DNA from: Isurus oxyrinchus
Taxonomy: Eukaryota
Assembly (NCBI GenBank): GCA_026770705.1
Contig: JANJGN010000017.1
Span: forward strand, 103,230,001 to 103,294,000
DNA length: 64,000 nucleotides
Direction of reading: 5' to 3'
A program made the position numbers and the translations under genes. The stretch's first letter is position 1; each line of letters begins with the position of its first letter. Below the pieces are notes generated by a model. It was not told the DNA's origin and ran no database searches. It saw only the letters and a list, made by a program, of their open reading frames with translations. Of the stretch, positions 1 through 12,600 are shown in pieces.

Positions 1-4
1 CTGA

Positions 5-2428
5 TATAAGACCATAAGACATAGGGGCAGAAATTAGGCCATTCGGCCCAGAGTCTGCTCTGCCATTCAATCATGGCTGATAAGTTTCTCAACCCCATTC
101 TCCTGCCTTCTCCCCATAACCTTTGATCCCCTTACCAATCAAGAACCTATCTTGGTCTTAAATACACTCAATGACCTGGCCTCCACAGGCTTCTGTGGCA
201 ATGAATTCCATAGATTCACCACTCTCTGGCTAAAGAAGTTTCTCCTCATCTCTGTACTAAAAGGTCTTCCCTTTACTCTGAGGCTGTGCCCTCAGGTCCT
301 AGTCTCTCCTACTAATAGAAACATCTTCCCCACGTCCACTCTATCCAGGCCTTGCAGTATTCTATAAGTTTCAATCAGATCCCCCCTCATGCTTCTAAAC
401 TCTATCTAGTATAGAACCAGAGTCCTCAAAAGTTCCTCATATGTTAAGCCTTTCATTCCTGGGATCGTGCTCGTGAACCTCCTCTGGACCCTCTCCAGGG
501 CCAGCACATCCTTCCTGAGATACAGGCCCAAAATTGCTCACAATATTCTAAATCTGGTCTGACCAGAGCCTTATAAAGCCAAAGCAGCACATCCCTGCTT
601 TTATATTCTAGTCCTCTTGAAATAAATGCCAACATTGCATTTGCCTTCCTAACTACCGACTCAACCTGCAAGTTAACCTTAAGAGAATCCTGGACTAGGA
701 CTCCCAAGTCCCTTTGCACTCCAGATTTCGGAATTCTCTCCCCATTTAGAAAATAGTCCATGCCTCTATTCTTCCTACCAAAGTGCATGACCTCACACTT
801 CCCCACGTTGTATTCCATCTGCCACTTCTTTGCCCATTCTCCTAACCTGTCTAAATCCTTCTGCAGCCTCCCTGTCTCCTCAATACTACCTGTCCCTCCA
901 CCGATCTTTGTATCATCTGCAAACTTAGCCAGGATGCCCTCAGTTCCTTCATCTAGATCATTAATGTATAAAGTGAAAAGTTGTGGTCCCAACACTGACC
1001 CCTGCGGAACTCCACTAGTCACCAGCTGCCATCCTGAGAAGGACCCCCTTATCCCCACTCTCTGCCTCCTGCCAGACAGCCAATCTTCTATCCATGCTAG
1101 TACCTTGCCTCTAACACCATGGGCTCTTATCTTACTGAGCAGCCTCCTGTGTGGCACCTTGTCAAAGGCCTTCTGGAAGTCCAAGTAGATAACATTCATT
1201 GGCTCTCCTTTGACTAACCTGCTCAGTACCTCCTCAAAGAATTCTAACAGAGTTGCCAGGCAAGACTGCCCCTTGATGAAACCATGCTGACTTTGCCCTA
1301 TTTTACCATGCACTTCCAAGTATTCTGAAATCTCATCGTTAATAATGGACTCTAAAATCTTACCAACGACCGAGGTCAGGCTAATCGGTCTGTAATTTCC
1401 CATCTTTTGCCTCATTCCCTTCTTAAACAGGGGTGTTACATTAGTGATTTTCCAGTCCTCTGGGACCCTCCCTAACTCCAGTGATTCCTGAAAGATCACC
1501 ACTAACGCCTCCACTATCTCTAATTATATCCTTCAGAACTCTGGGGTGTAATCCATCTGGTCCAGGTGATTTATCCACCTTCAGACCTTTTCCTAGCATC
1601 TTCTCCTTGGTGATGGCCACCATACTCACCTCTGCCCCCCCGACTCTCTTGAACTTTGGGGATGTTACTCATGTCTTCCACCGTGAAGACTGATGCAAAG
1701 TACCTATTCAGTTCATCTGCCATTTCTTTGTTCCCCATTATTACTTCTCCAGCATCATTTTCCAGCAGCCCAATGTCCACTTTTGCCTCTCTCTTACCCT
1801 TTATATATCTAAAAAAAACTCTTGCAATCTTCTTTTATATTACTGGCTAGTTTACCCTCATACTTAATCTTCTCCCTCCTTATTTCTTTTTTAGTTGTCC
1901 TCTGTTGGTCTTTGTAGGCTTCCCAATCCCCTGGATTCCCACTGCTCTTCACCACATTGTATGCTTTCTCTTTAGCTTTTATGCTGTCCCTGAATTCCCT
2001 TGTCAGCCATGGTTGCCTAGTCCTCCCTTTAGTATGCTTCTTCTTCCTAGGGATGAATTTTTACTGTGTCTCCCAAATTACTCCCAGAAACTCCTGCCAT
2101 TGCTGTTCCACTGTCTTTCCTGCTAGGCTTATCTCCCAGTCAATTCTGGCCAGCTCCTCCCTCATGCCTCTGTAGTTACCCTTTTTCCAACTATAAAACC
2201 ATTACATCTGATTCCAGCTTTTTCCTCTCAAATTGCAGGGTAAATTCTATCCTATTATGGTCACTTCCTCCTGAGGGTTTCTTCACCTTAAGCTCCCTTA
2301 TCAAATCTGCCTCATTACACATCACTAAATCTAGAATTGCCTGTTCCCTAGAGGGCTCCACCACAAGCTGCTCCAAAAAGCCATCTCATAGACATTCCAC
2401 AAATTCCTTTTCTTGGAATCCATTACTG
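5..2428 (-). mobile_element. CR1-clade LINE, 5'-truncated, young
   Basis: ORF 453..1514 with RT motifs YLDFQKAFDKVPH, GVPQGSVLGP, KFADD; endonuclease SDH motif in ORF 2191..2376; short 3' tail repeat at the window start. Confidence 0.92.
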
Positions 2429-2429
2429 A

Positions 2430-3330
2430 TGTTTCCTGTCACTCAGCCGATGTCTTATCCAAGTGCCTACTTTCCCTTTTATTCCATGACCTCGAATTTT
2501 ACTCAAAGTCTGTTGTGTGGCACTATCAAATACCTTTTGAAAATCTATAAACACCACATCAACAGCATTGCCTTTCTGAACCTTCTGTGTTAGCTCCTGA
2601 AACTAGTTAGTTAAACACTATTTTCCCTTAATGAATCTGTGCTGGTTTCGCTTAATTATCCTGCACTTGTCGAAGTGACAATTGTTTTTTTTCCGAGAAT
2701 ATAGTTTCCAGAAATTACTCTGCCACTGAAATCAACTGACTGGTCTGTCATTGCCAGCCTTATCCTTGTACCCCTTTTTGAACAAGGGTATAACATTCGC
2801 AATTCCCAGTCCTCTGACATCACTCATGTTTCAGGAAGACTGGGAGATTATCACTCGTGCCTCTGCAATTTCCACTCACTTACCTCTGTACCCTTGGATG
2901 CATCTCATCTGGTCCTGGTATTTTAGCTAAAGATAAGTTACCTTAAGTAAAGATAGCCTTTCTAAAACTTCCTCCTTCTCAATTGTAAATTCTTCTGTAC
3001 CAGTTATCTCCTCTCTCACCTTGGATTGGGTAGCATCTTCTTCCTTTATAAAGACAGATGCAAAGTACTCATTTAATACCTCCGCTATTTTTCTTGCCTC
3101 CACATGCAAGCCACCTTTATCATCACTAATTGGCTGTACTCGTTCTTTTACCACCCTTTTATTAATTCTATGCCTATACAAGACCTTGGGATTCCCTTTT
3201 TGTTAGCTGCCAGTCTCTCTTCATGCTCTCCTTGCATTAGTTTTTTCACTTACCCTCTGGTCCTTCTATATTCAGCCTGAGTCTCCACTGTATTTTCTAC
3301 CTGGCGACTGTCTTATGCACACTTCTTTTG
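2430..3330 (-). mobile_element. Older CR1 LINE fragment
   Basis: Degenerate ORF2 pieces (AEVLNEYFASVF) on the minus strand. Confidence 0.7.
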
Positions 3331-3362
3331 CAGAAAATAAAATTTCAAATAAAAAATATAAA

Positions 3363-3530
3363 AGAGAAAATGCTGGAAATATTCAGCAGGTTAGGTAGCA
3401 TCTGTGGAGTGAGAAACAGAGTTAACACTTCAGGTGCACAATCTGCACTAGTTCTGATGAAGGATCACTGACCTCTGTTTGTTTCTGCACAGATGCCACC
3501 AGACAGGCTGAGCATTTTCAACACTTTTCT
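3363..3530. mobile_element. Penelope-derived inverted pLTR (foldback) fragment
   Basis: Arms tgctggaaatattcagcagg...agcatctgtgg and cacagatgc...gctgagcattttcaaca are inverted; a partial hammerhead core agttctgatgaagg lies between them. A similar older copy is at about 7468-7637. Confidence 0.6.
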
Positions 3531-6523
3531 ACTGGAACAAAAATAACCCCAATTGCCAGCCCTCCAAAGCCCTCTCTGCGAACCCCTCATTCCCCTTCAG
3601 CAAGAAACCCAGCATCAGCTGCCTGAGATCCGGTTTGACGCAACATTAAACATGAAAAGCAAAAAAAAAGTCAAAGCAATAAATTGGTAATTTAAAAGTA
3701 ATTAATAAAAATGACCATTAAGAACTGTCAAGCAACAGAACTAACAGATAAGATCATGTTTTGCCTTTTGCTTAAGAAGCAGAACTAGAGAGAAACAGAC
3801 TAGGCCTCAAGTGTTGGTCATCAGGGAGGGGGGAGATGTCTGGGGCAGGGATAAGTACTGAACAACAATGGCCTTATAATTCACTGGCCTCAGTGGAATG
3901 CATATGAAGATGGGGGTCAGTAACAGATTGTCTTTTAGCCTCTGTGGATAAGTTTTGTTTAGGGAGGGAGAACAGGGTGTTAGTGTGCGCACGTGCAACA
4001 AACAGCCTGTGTGTTCATTTTTGTGTCCAGCTCACTCCCAGTTTCAGAGTTCTGCTTACACACCGTCTCTCACATCCCCCTCACCTCCCCCTTCAGAGTT
4101 TTTAGTAACTGCAACTTTCCTTTTTATTCAATTAAATAGTTTCCTTATCTCTTGGATACCGTTATACGGTTTTCTGAATTATGCATCAAACGGATTTCTT
4201 GACCTGTTTACTGGGATTCCAAACGGGGGAAGGAGGGGAACGCACTCTCATACTGAAATCGCCAACCCACCAAACCAATGCTGTCTCCCTCCATAAACCT
4301 TGCCTGCCTTGTCTTCTGAAAGTTAGAAATTTTCCAATCACCATGGCTGCTTTACTGCCTGTGTTAAATAGTGTACCCATATATTCTAAACTCAATCCGG
4401 GGATATGCACCCTTAAACTCATTCACATCAGAGGTCATGGAGTGGACTCTAGGACAGCTGCAGCTCCAATTGCCCAAGTTAACCTGTTTAGTGTTCACCA
4501 GCAGCCTCATTACTCAGACATTGTGGCTCTGGGGCCAGCTGCTCTTCCAACAAATTTCACAGGACAATTGTGCGTGATCCAGGAACTAAGGAGGTTGGAG
4601 GGTGGTGGGGAGGGGGTGTAGAGCATGCACACTGTCTGGGATGGGGGCAATGGAGTGGGAAGGTCTTTCTGGGTGTAAAGCTGGAGCATTAGGCACTTTG
4701 CCCTACCTTATGTAGTGGTCTGAAATGATGCTCCAACAGCTCTCAAAAGGAGATACAACACAAGTTAACAGAGGAGGGGCTGAGGAAACTGGCCCATCCC
4801 TACTTGGCCAATGGTTGTTGTGGTTAGAGCAACAGTATACTGTCAGTCAACCAGGGTGCTGGACATGCTGGTTTGGGCTGCTTTGGACATGAAGCATTTT
4901 GGCCCAGCAGCCCGGATCCTCTGGAAGTATGGGCCCCAGTGATTAACGCAGTCTGCACCCTTCTCTGCTGAGCCCTGTCTACTGAACCCCTGATCAGACG
5001 ACACAACCCACACACAGCCCCCCCCCCCCCCCACCTGTTTAGCTGCCACCCTACCTCATCACACACTCAATGTAATTTTATGCTAGCAGGTTTTTATGGA
5101 ACTGCTCCACCCCCACTGAGATGGAGCTGTAAAATTCCACCCTTAGTTCTCTCTGTAGCTTCTCAAAATGTCTTCGAGACATTTAAGGTTACCAGAATAC
5201 AGCAGGTAGTGCTATATGAAAAGGAGTGGGACTTGGCTTCTCCCAACACTCCTGCATTCCCAAGGAAGGACTCCTGAAGAGGTAGGCTCCACATTTCTCA
5301 GGAGGTCCAGTTGAGAAGCTAAGTGAATAGGAGCAGAGTGGCAATCGCCATCGGATTGTCACTCCTTGTAAGATTTGGGCTAATGTTTGTTTAGTACTGT
5401 CTGCTTTACTTGTTTCCCGAATAGTAAAATTCATGTTTTGAATCATGGAATCTAGTGGTGTAGTTTCTCTCAGTTAATCACTGGGTGTTCAAATTTCTTT
5501 TTAAACATTAATGGTCTCCAACAGGATTCTAACAAATGGTACAGAACAGAAGGAGGCTATTCAGTCCATTGTGTCTGTTCCGGCTCTTGCAAAGAGCTAT
5601 TCTTCTCTGTAATTAGATTTAAACTCTGCTACAAACAACTTAAGTTCTGCATTACAACACAGTGTCCTCAAACCATTGAAATCTCAGGTTAAACTCAACC
5701 GTGATATCAAGTCAACAGCACAATAACTGCATTAGTACAGATGCTCTGGGCCACCCTGGTCAATTATGTAAACAACATACTCAAGTCTTGTTGCATTCTT
5801 ACATACAAGTCAAATTCATTATTTCCCTAATAATGAAATACAGGACCTACTTTCCGTACTTGACATTTCATTTGGAGTTGTACCCCACTGCACTGCTCAC
5901 AACTCAGGAGTTAAGCAACAATTTTTTTTTGTGACAAAATACCTAAAACCACATTTTGACAAACTGTTTGATCAAATTTGCTACAAACTCTTTTTTTTTA
6001 TTGGGCAAAGCTTAATGATCAACTCCGAAGCCATTCAAAAGAAAAAAAAAGTTTAATATTGAAATTTCATCCACAGCCAGGCTGTTGCAGCTTTAATAAC
6101 TATTCACAATTTAAACATATAATGAAGCTAATGACGCAATAGAACATGCCACTTGCAGAGGCAATCTCTCTTCAGCTGCAAGATCAGAAAAAACTGTCAA
6201 CTGCTCAAGTGAGTTGAAAGTGCCCCACACCCAGGCTCGAGTCAAAGAGTTAATTTTGTTGATACTTGTTTATTATGGGGCCCTGAGCACCGCTGAGATA
6301 TCCAGCAATCACCTCTCCCCGCTATCCTGACCCCTCCCCCCACACTCTCCTGGCCGCTCCCCATTACCCCCCACCCTCCCAGAATGATCTGCAACCTCTA
6401 GAAATTATTTCTATCCCGTTTGTCTCGACAGAATTTAAACTTGAATCCTGAAGGGGAAAAAAAACAATACATCACCCAGTCTACAGCAGGCTTAGACTTT
6501 GAAAAGTGAGTACATCCTAGTAC

Positions 6524-6606
6524 CTCCTTCTAAAAACATTGTCCAGGAATTCAATAGAAGTGTTCTTCATAGGAGTTTTTGGTTGTCGGAGCAGCCAGTG
6601 TTTGTC
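6524..6606 (-). CDS. GNS: GNS-like exon 7
   Basis: [28 protein letters not shown]|gtacta. Confidence 0.88.
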
Positions 6607-9600
6607 CTGTGGGAGAATAAAAATCATTGTAACTGCAACAGCTGCTGTCACATTTGCACCAGATTCTTGCTTCCAATTAACAGCCCAATCACGTGAACAT
6701 GATTTTGGGTCCTAGGATTTACCTAGTGTATTTGCTAAACTAATACAAAAGGCCATTTATTTTAGAAATCAAGAGTTTCCTCTGCACAGACATTGCCCTG
6801 AGTCAGCTACACTTCTAGCACATGCAGAAGAAGCTTTTTAAAATTAGATATTAAGTGCTGAAATGACACATACTGGTGTTGGAACCATCACCACTGTTGG
6901 CTGCTGACACCACCTAGTGGAGATTACTGCTAATTCACAAGCAAAATGAATTTAAGAAAAAAAAGTGAAACACAGATTATTAAGCATCTGACAGAAGTCA
7001 GGACAATGACCTAGGTTTATAGAGTTTCCGCCCACAATTTGCTTCTAAAAGAATGACTGTTGACGTTTAATTCACCTAATTGACACTTTCAAAGCCCATC
7101 AAAATTTTGAAACCTCTTAATTCTCACCTTAACTCTCTGCTCTAAAGATCTTGCAGCTGACTCACATGAAACTTTACTTCATTGTGCATGGGCTCTACTC
7201 ACCTTCCCGTGAACATTGAAACTTCCATGACGTGGGGCTTTGGTGACGTTATAAGACTTGCTGTACCGTGGAGCTACAGTCCAGGGAGAATGGCAGGCTG
7301 GAGTGGACAGCATCATGAAAAATGGAACCCTGTGCTTCCTGGACTGCAGAAACTCGACGGAGCGGTTCGCCTGGACAAAAAGTAGAGAGGTGGTCAGATA
7401 GTCAATTTGCACAAGCGGACCACTTTCTACTTCAGAAAACTGATGAGGGAAAACAGTCAATAGAAACCAAAAGTGCTGGAAACACTGGGGTCAGGCAACA
7501 TCACTGTGGAAAAATGGGTAGACAGGTTTAACCATGACTTTTCCTCTCAAACCTGAGGGGTTAACTCAACCTTGCTCTCAGCACATACAATGCCTAACCT
7601 GCTGCATCAGATTTCTAGCATCTGCAGTATTTTGCTATGTTGAACTCTTCCTATAGGAAGAGCCTCCACTAATTATACCATTGCAAACCGCATATTCTGG
7701 CCATACAGAGGCAAAGCCTTTGTGCTATAAGCATTGTTAATATGCTTCAAGTATCAAAAGATGGATGCTAACATCTAATTATTTCACCCTTAAAAAAAAT
7801 CAATTTCAACTTGTATACTTGAAGCATTCACACCCAAGGCAGCACGATAAGGAACAGGCTAAAGATGGAAAGCCACCTCTCAGTGCTCAAAAAATATTGG
7901 ATACCCAGCTTGCAGTCTGCAACACTGTCAGCCATCTTTCCTTTCTGGTGACCATTTGAGATTGACTAGTTCCCGTGGGAAGGATCCCAGAGCAGCTTTA
8001 CCCAGATAGCAAAGTGTGCCAGTAAGGCTGAATGGCAATTCTTGCCTTACCTACCGAAAACAAGACTATTTAATTGACTCAATTTTAAACAGCACTGACA
8101 CCATCATTTTGCAATTCAGAACACAAGGAGCTGAACTATCATATTTTTATAGCTGACAGCACAAAGATAAAGATGCGAACAGCTCATTCGACTTGAAAGA
8201 AGCTTTAGCAAAGCACACATCTTTCCCAATATTCTGGCAAATATTCAGTGAAAACATTTCCTCCAAGCAACAGCGGATTTGTAAGGTTGCACATTGTACA
8301 AAGGTTCCAGAAGTTGAGCTGCTTGTTCTATTGTCAGACTTTAACAATAAAATTCTGCAGCAGCTATGATATATTCTCAGCATTAACACCATCAGACCAT
8401 TTTTAACACTGACTTAACAGACTTCAAAAAAGAGTAAATGTGTCTTACTATAAGGTCAGTCAGATAGTCCTTTTGATAGATGTCTCCATGCTTTTCAGCT
8501 GCACCATTCACAGACAGCGTGTAGTTATAATATTTTGAGTTTCCCACCTGCATAAGAAAATTGCACTCTTCAGGTCACGGAAAAACACAATCTGCAAAAG
8601 GATACACCTCTTAGAGGTGCCCGAGAGGGCCACTTGCAAAACTTGGCTGAAATTTCTAGGAACAAGACTTGGCTGCACACCATTGGAGAGTTATCTGCAT
8701 CAGAGTGTGATATTTGGTGCTCCAGCCTACTAGGCCTTGTATCAGGAACAAGAGTACAGGCTCAAGTGTTTAGATGGGCTCTTGAGGTCTTGGGTCTGGG
8801 CTAAGCCCATAATACCAATGTTCAGATATGATGGGGATTGGTGTCATTTTGTTACAGTGGACCAGTGGACAATTTTTAGAGGCATCCTATAATCCTACAG
8901 ACAAACAAGTACTTCTGGTCAACCATTTAAACTGAGTCTTTGAGTCCTTGCAGTATTCATTGATACATGTTAAATTAATTTTGTTTTGTTTGTTCCCAGG
9001 CATCTTCTTGTTCTTATTTTAAATCAAATGCATTATATGGAAGTTCCAATCCTGTTCTTCACAAGACAGAAATCACCCCCTCCCCCTCCTCCAACCCCAC
9101 TGAGCTGCTGGCTCATCAAATTTATGGAATCCAAATCGTCTGGCTATTAATTATCCACTGCTTCAGCTTCCAATATCAAAAACAGCCACTACATGGTTAA
9201 TAGGTCCACATGGTGATTGGCACAAACCGGTCGCAATGACTTAAAAGTCTACCTCCATTGATCTTCTGGATGGAAGTGTAGATAAGTTGATGGTTTTCTT
9301 TACCAAGGTTTTCTCGTGGGCTTAATACAAGAACAAGTCAAGCCAGAAGTTTATGTTAGTAGCTGCAAGGTGTTGCTTATGAGAATGAAACACTGATTAG
9401 TATAACAGTGACATTATTCCGATACTGCCAAATTGCACATTCACCAGTTTGATTAAATGAAAGCATCTGCAGAGACAGATACATGGCAGCCGAGGCCGTT
9501 TGTGTAGATTAAATTCATGGCCATTGCTGCATCTGCCCCTTAATGCTCCAACCTGAAGCTGCCCAAAGCAGAAAGGGAATTCTGAGATAAATTATTGCAA

Positions 9601-12600
9601 GAATTAGCAAACAGTAGTGTGCAGCGGAATTCCATCAACACAGCATTGAGAGTTTTAACTGGGGGATGGAGGCTAGGCAAGTTCTCAAGGAGAGACAGGA
9701 GAAAGCGCCCATATATAACAGATACATTTAACAAATTAAATGTAGCAACAAAACAGTTACCAACATATTGCACAATAGCCCACAGTTTCTTCAGAGGCAA
9801 AATCCTGCAATTTAATCCACAATACAAATGATGAAATGTGAAGGAAACTTTTATATACATACTTGCAGGAGGCCTGCTTTGTTAGTTGTCAGTTTGGTGA
9901 TTTTTTACATGGCCAATTGTGGAATGTGCTAGTTAAATTGTCGTAAAATTGAGTCACTTATGCTACTATTGAACATACTGAAACATTGATAACATGAATT
10001 TTGCACTCAAGGGGACAATTATTCAAGCAAATAAAGAATAAACTGTACTTGTAGGCATTTTCAACATAATGTCCCAAGGTTCTTCACAAAAAGGAGATGG
10101 GGGCTGGTGAAAGAGAGTATGGCAGGAACTAATACTCATCAGATGCCTGGGGAAAGGTTTAGAGACAGTGACCAAAAGCTCACAGAGTTAAGGTTTCAGA
10201 TTTTCAGAAAGAGAAGGCAAAGTTTAGAAAGAAATTTTCAGACTGCAGATCCCATAATGGTTGATGGTCAAAGACCTCATTTGAAAATTTCAAAAGCAGT
10301 TTAGCTGGTTACTTTAAATAATCATCCAACTCAAATTCTGTTAAACGAAGACAATTTGACACTTACCAGTCCATGCCAGTGATCCCAGCCCAAAGGGACG
10401 TGGGCTGTTCCACCAACTGTAGCATGTCCATACTATCAGAAAATAAAAACAATATTAGAAAGGTCAGGCTACAATTTCTTTAGTTAAGTGACAACTTCTG
10501 TCTCAGCATCTGCAGATGAATATTTGTCAATTAATTGGAAATAAAATGTTAATTCTTGCAGAGAAGGGATCTTTCCTCCTGCTGTAGCAATGGTAGATCT
10601 GGTTGAATAGCAACAGGATGTGTTGCCATCCAGGCAAGTGGTGGTGGGGCGGGGGCAGATGCTGGGGAAGAAACATTATAGACCACCATCAATCCTACCC
10701 TATCCTCAACCATTCCCACATATTTCTGGGCCAGTGGTTTCAACAAGAGAGCCAGCTTTAAGCTTAGAAACAATAGTGAACAGAAAATTTGCAACTTACA
10801 GATGGAGGCATCAACTACACCTCATCCTGCCCATTGCTATCCGACTCAACCAAAGTCAGTCAATTTTTTCATCATAGGCTAGACTGGACAACATTTATGA
10901 TTAATGATACTTGGATAATCTGGTGCATTAGGATTATTTTAATTTAAAGAGCCAATTGTTCAAGAATATTGCAAGAGGAATCTTCTAGGTCCTATAATGG
11001 CTCAAGTACCTGGTCAGTTTGTTGAATGGCCTTTTCATTCCCACTTTCTTGTTTTTACGAGTGTAGAGTTCACAGCCAGGTTTAGATTCAAATTATTTAA
11101 AAAAAAGTGCAATTTAGAAGTAATTACTTTATCATACAAGGGCAGCCTTTGAAGTTATCCATTTATTAATGAGATTAAAGAAATTGCAACGATTCCAAGG
11201 CAAATCCCAACATTTCTCAACTGCTCAATTGTTATCGCTGTCAGATCAAAGTTAGGCAAGGAGGGTAGTGGGGGAAGGTGCAGACCACCATGAGTGAGGC
11301 TAGTCGATATCCTGTGTGTGTTAATAAGGAGATTAAGCCACCTTAGTCAAACAGCTAATCTGACCAACTCAGTACAAAGTGCACACAATTGTTAGGATAT
11401 TTAAACACTTTGTCCCCACAGAGATACAAAACGCAGCAACTCACCTCACCCTCCTCTGTACACAGTGAATAACTGTGACAATGCAACTAACATCTTTAAA
11501 TGTTTGGTTTCCCAACCAGTTCATGACAAATATTTGCACTGTTTGATCCGCTCAGCATTTGTAAGTAAGGGACTTGGTTTACACATATTTTATCACCCTT
11601 GATTCTCTATGTTGAAAACTCAACAGGTAGAATCTCCTTTATTGTGTATGACTTGAAAACTAATTGGCTCAGGGATTAAATCTGACCCCTTCAAACAGTA
11701 TCCCAGAGCCCTAAAATTACATCTATAGGTAGTCTTCATTTATATTAAGATTTTTCCTCCCCTATTCAACTGAAGGGGCTGAATATTTTTGGGGTAAAGT
11801 TACACAGAAGCCAGACACTCTCCAGTCTTTCACACATGCGTAAATCTTAAATGTGAGCTGACATAGCAGAAATGTCAGGTGTCAGAAAGCTATTCAATTC
11901 TAAGGGGAGATTGGATTAGAGCTGAGAACTCAAACCAAATCTCATTCTCAGCCAACACCCACACAAATGCAGTCAAGAGAATTTGCTGGATACAAACCAT
12001 ATCTACTTTTCCCCTCAAATCTAGAATCATTAGAGATCATTGTCGGATAAATAGGAGTTAAAATTTATAATTAAATAAAATCTTTATCTGAATGTGAGAA
12101 GCATTCATAATTCTATGAACCAGTGACACAAATAGAGATAAATGGTTTCTATCTAATCAGCATCACAAAGACCTAGTTACAAGATGCCCAAGGCTAGGAA
12201 ATAAATATTACAGGATACAAAGGGTAGACAGAATAGCAAAGAAGGACAAGTAGCCCCAATAGTTAAGGATAACACTATGACAGTAGCGAGAAGATCAGGA
12301 AGTATAGTGATTAGGGGATGAGTAAACTGTGCCTATGCTCTGGAACTTAGAAAAATGAGAGGTGATCTCCTTGAAACAAAAAGATTTTAAAGTGGCTTGA
12401 CAGGGTGGACTTGAAGATGTTGCTTCCTCAAGTTCAGGAACCTGGAGCGTTGTGGCAGAGTTTGAGGATAAGGGGACCATCATTTACAACTGAGATGATG
12501 TGAAATTTCTTTACTCAAGGGTTGTGAACCTTTGGAATGCTCTACCCCAGGAGGCTAGTGGATGCTCCATCATTGAAAGTATTTAAAGCTGAAATAGTTA

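Noticed and set aside
760-1188. Plus-strand ORFs conserved between window ends (also 63269..63685)
   Set aside because: Antisense frames of CR1 reverse transcriptase, shared because the copies are recent.
3800-5145. ORFs of 60-146 aa and a possible DNA-transposon end (gtaaaattccaccc)
   Set aside because: No recognisable domain and no matching left terminal repeat found.
1-6523. GNS exon 8 (expected WQTLLSVDD...SDNG)
   Set aside because: Not found by reading the minus strand; presumed left of the window, so no pseudogene call.
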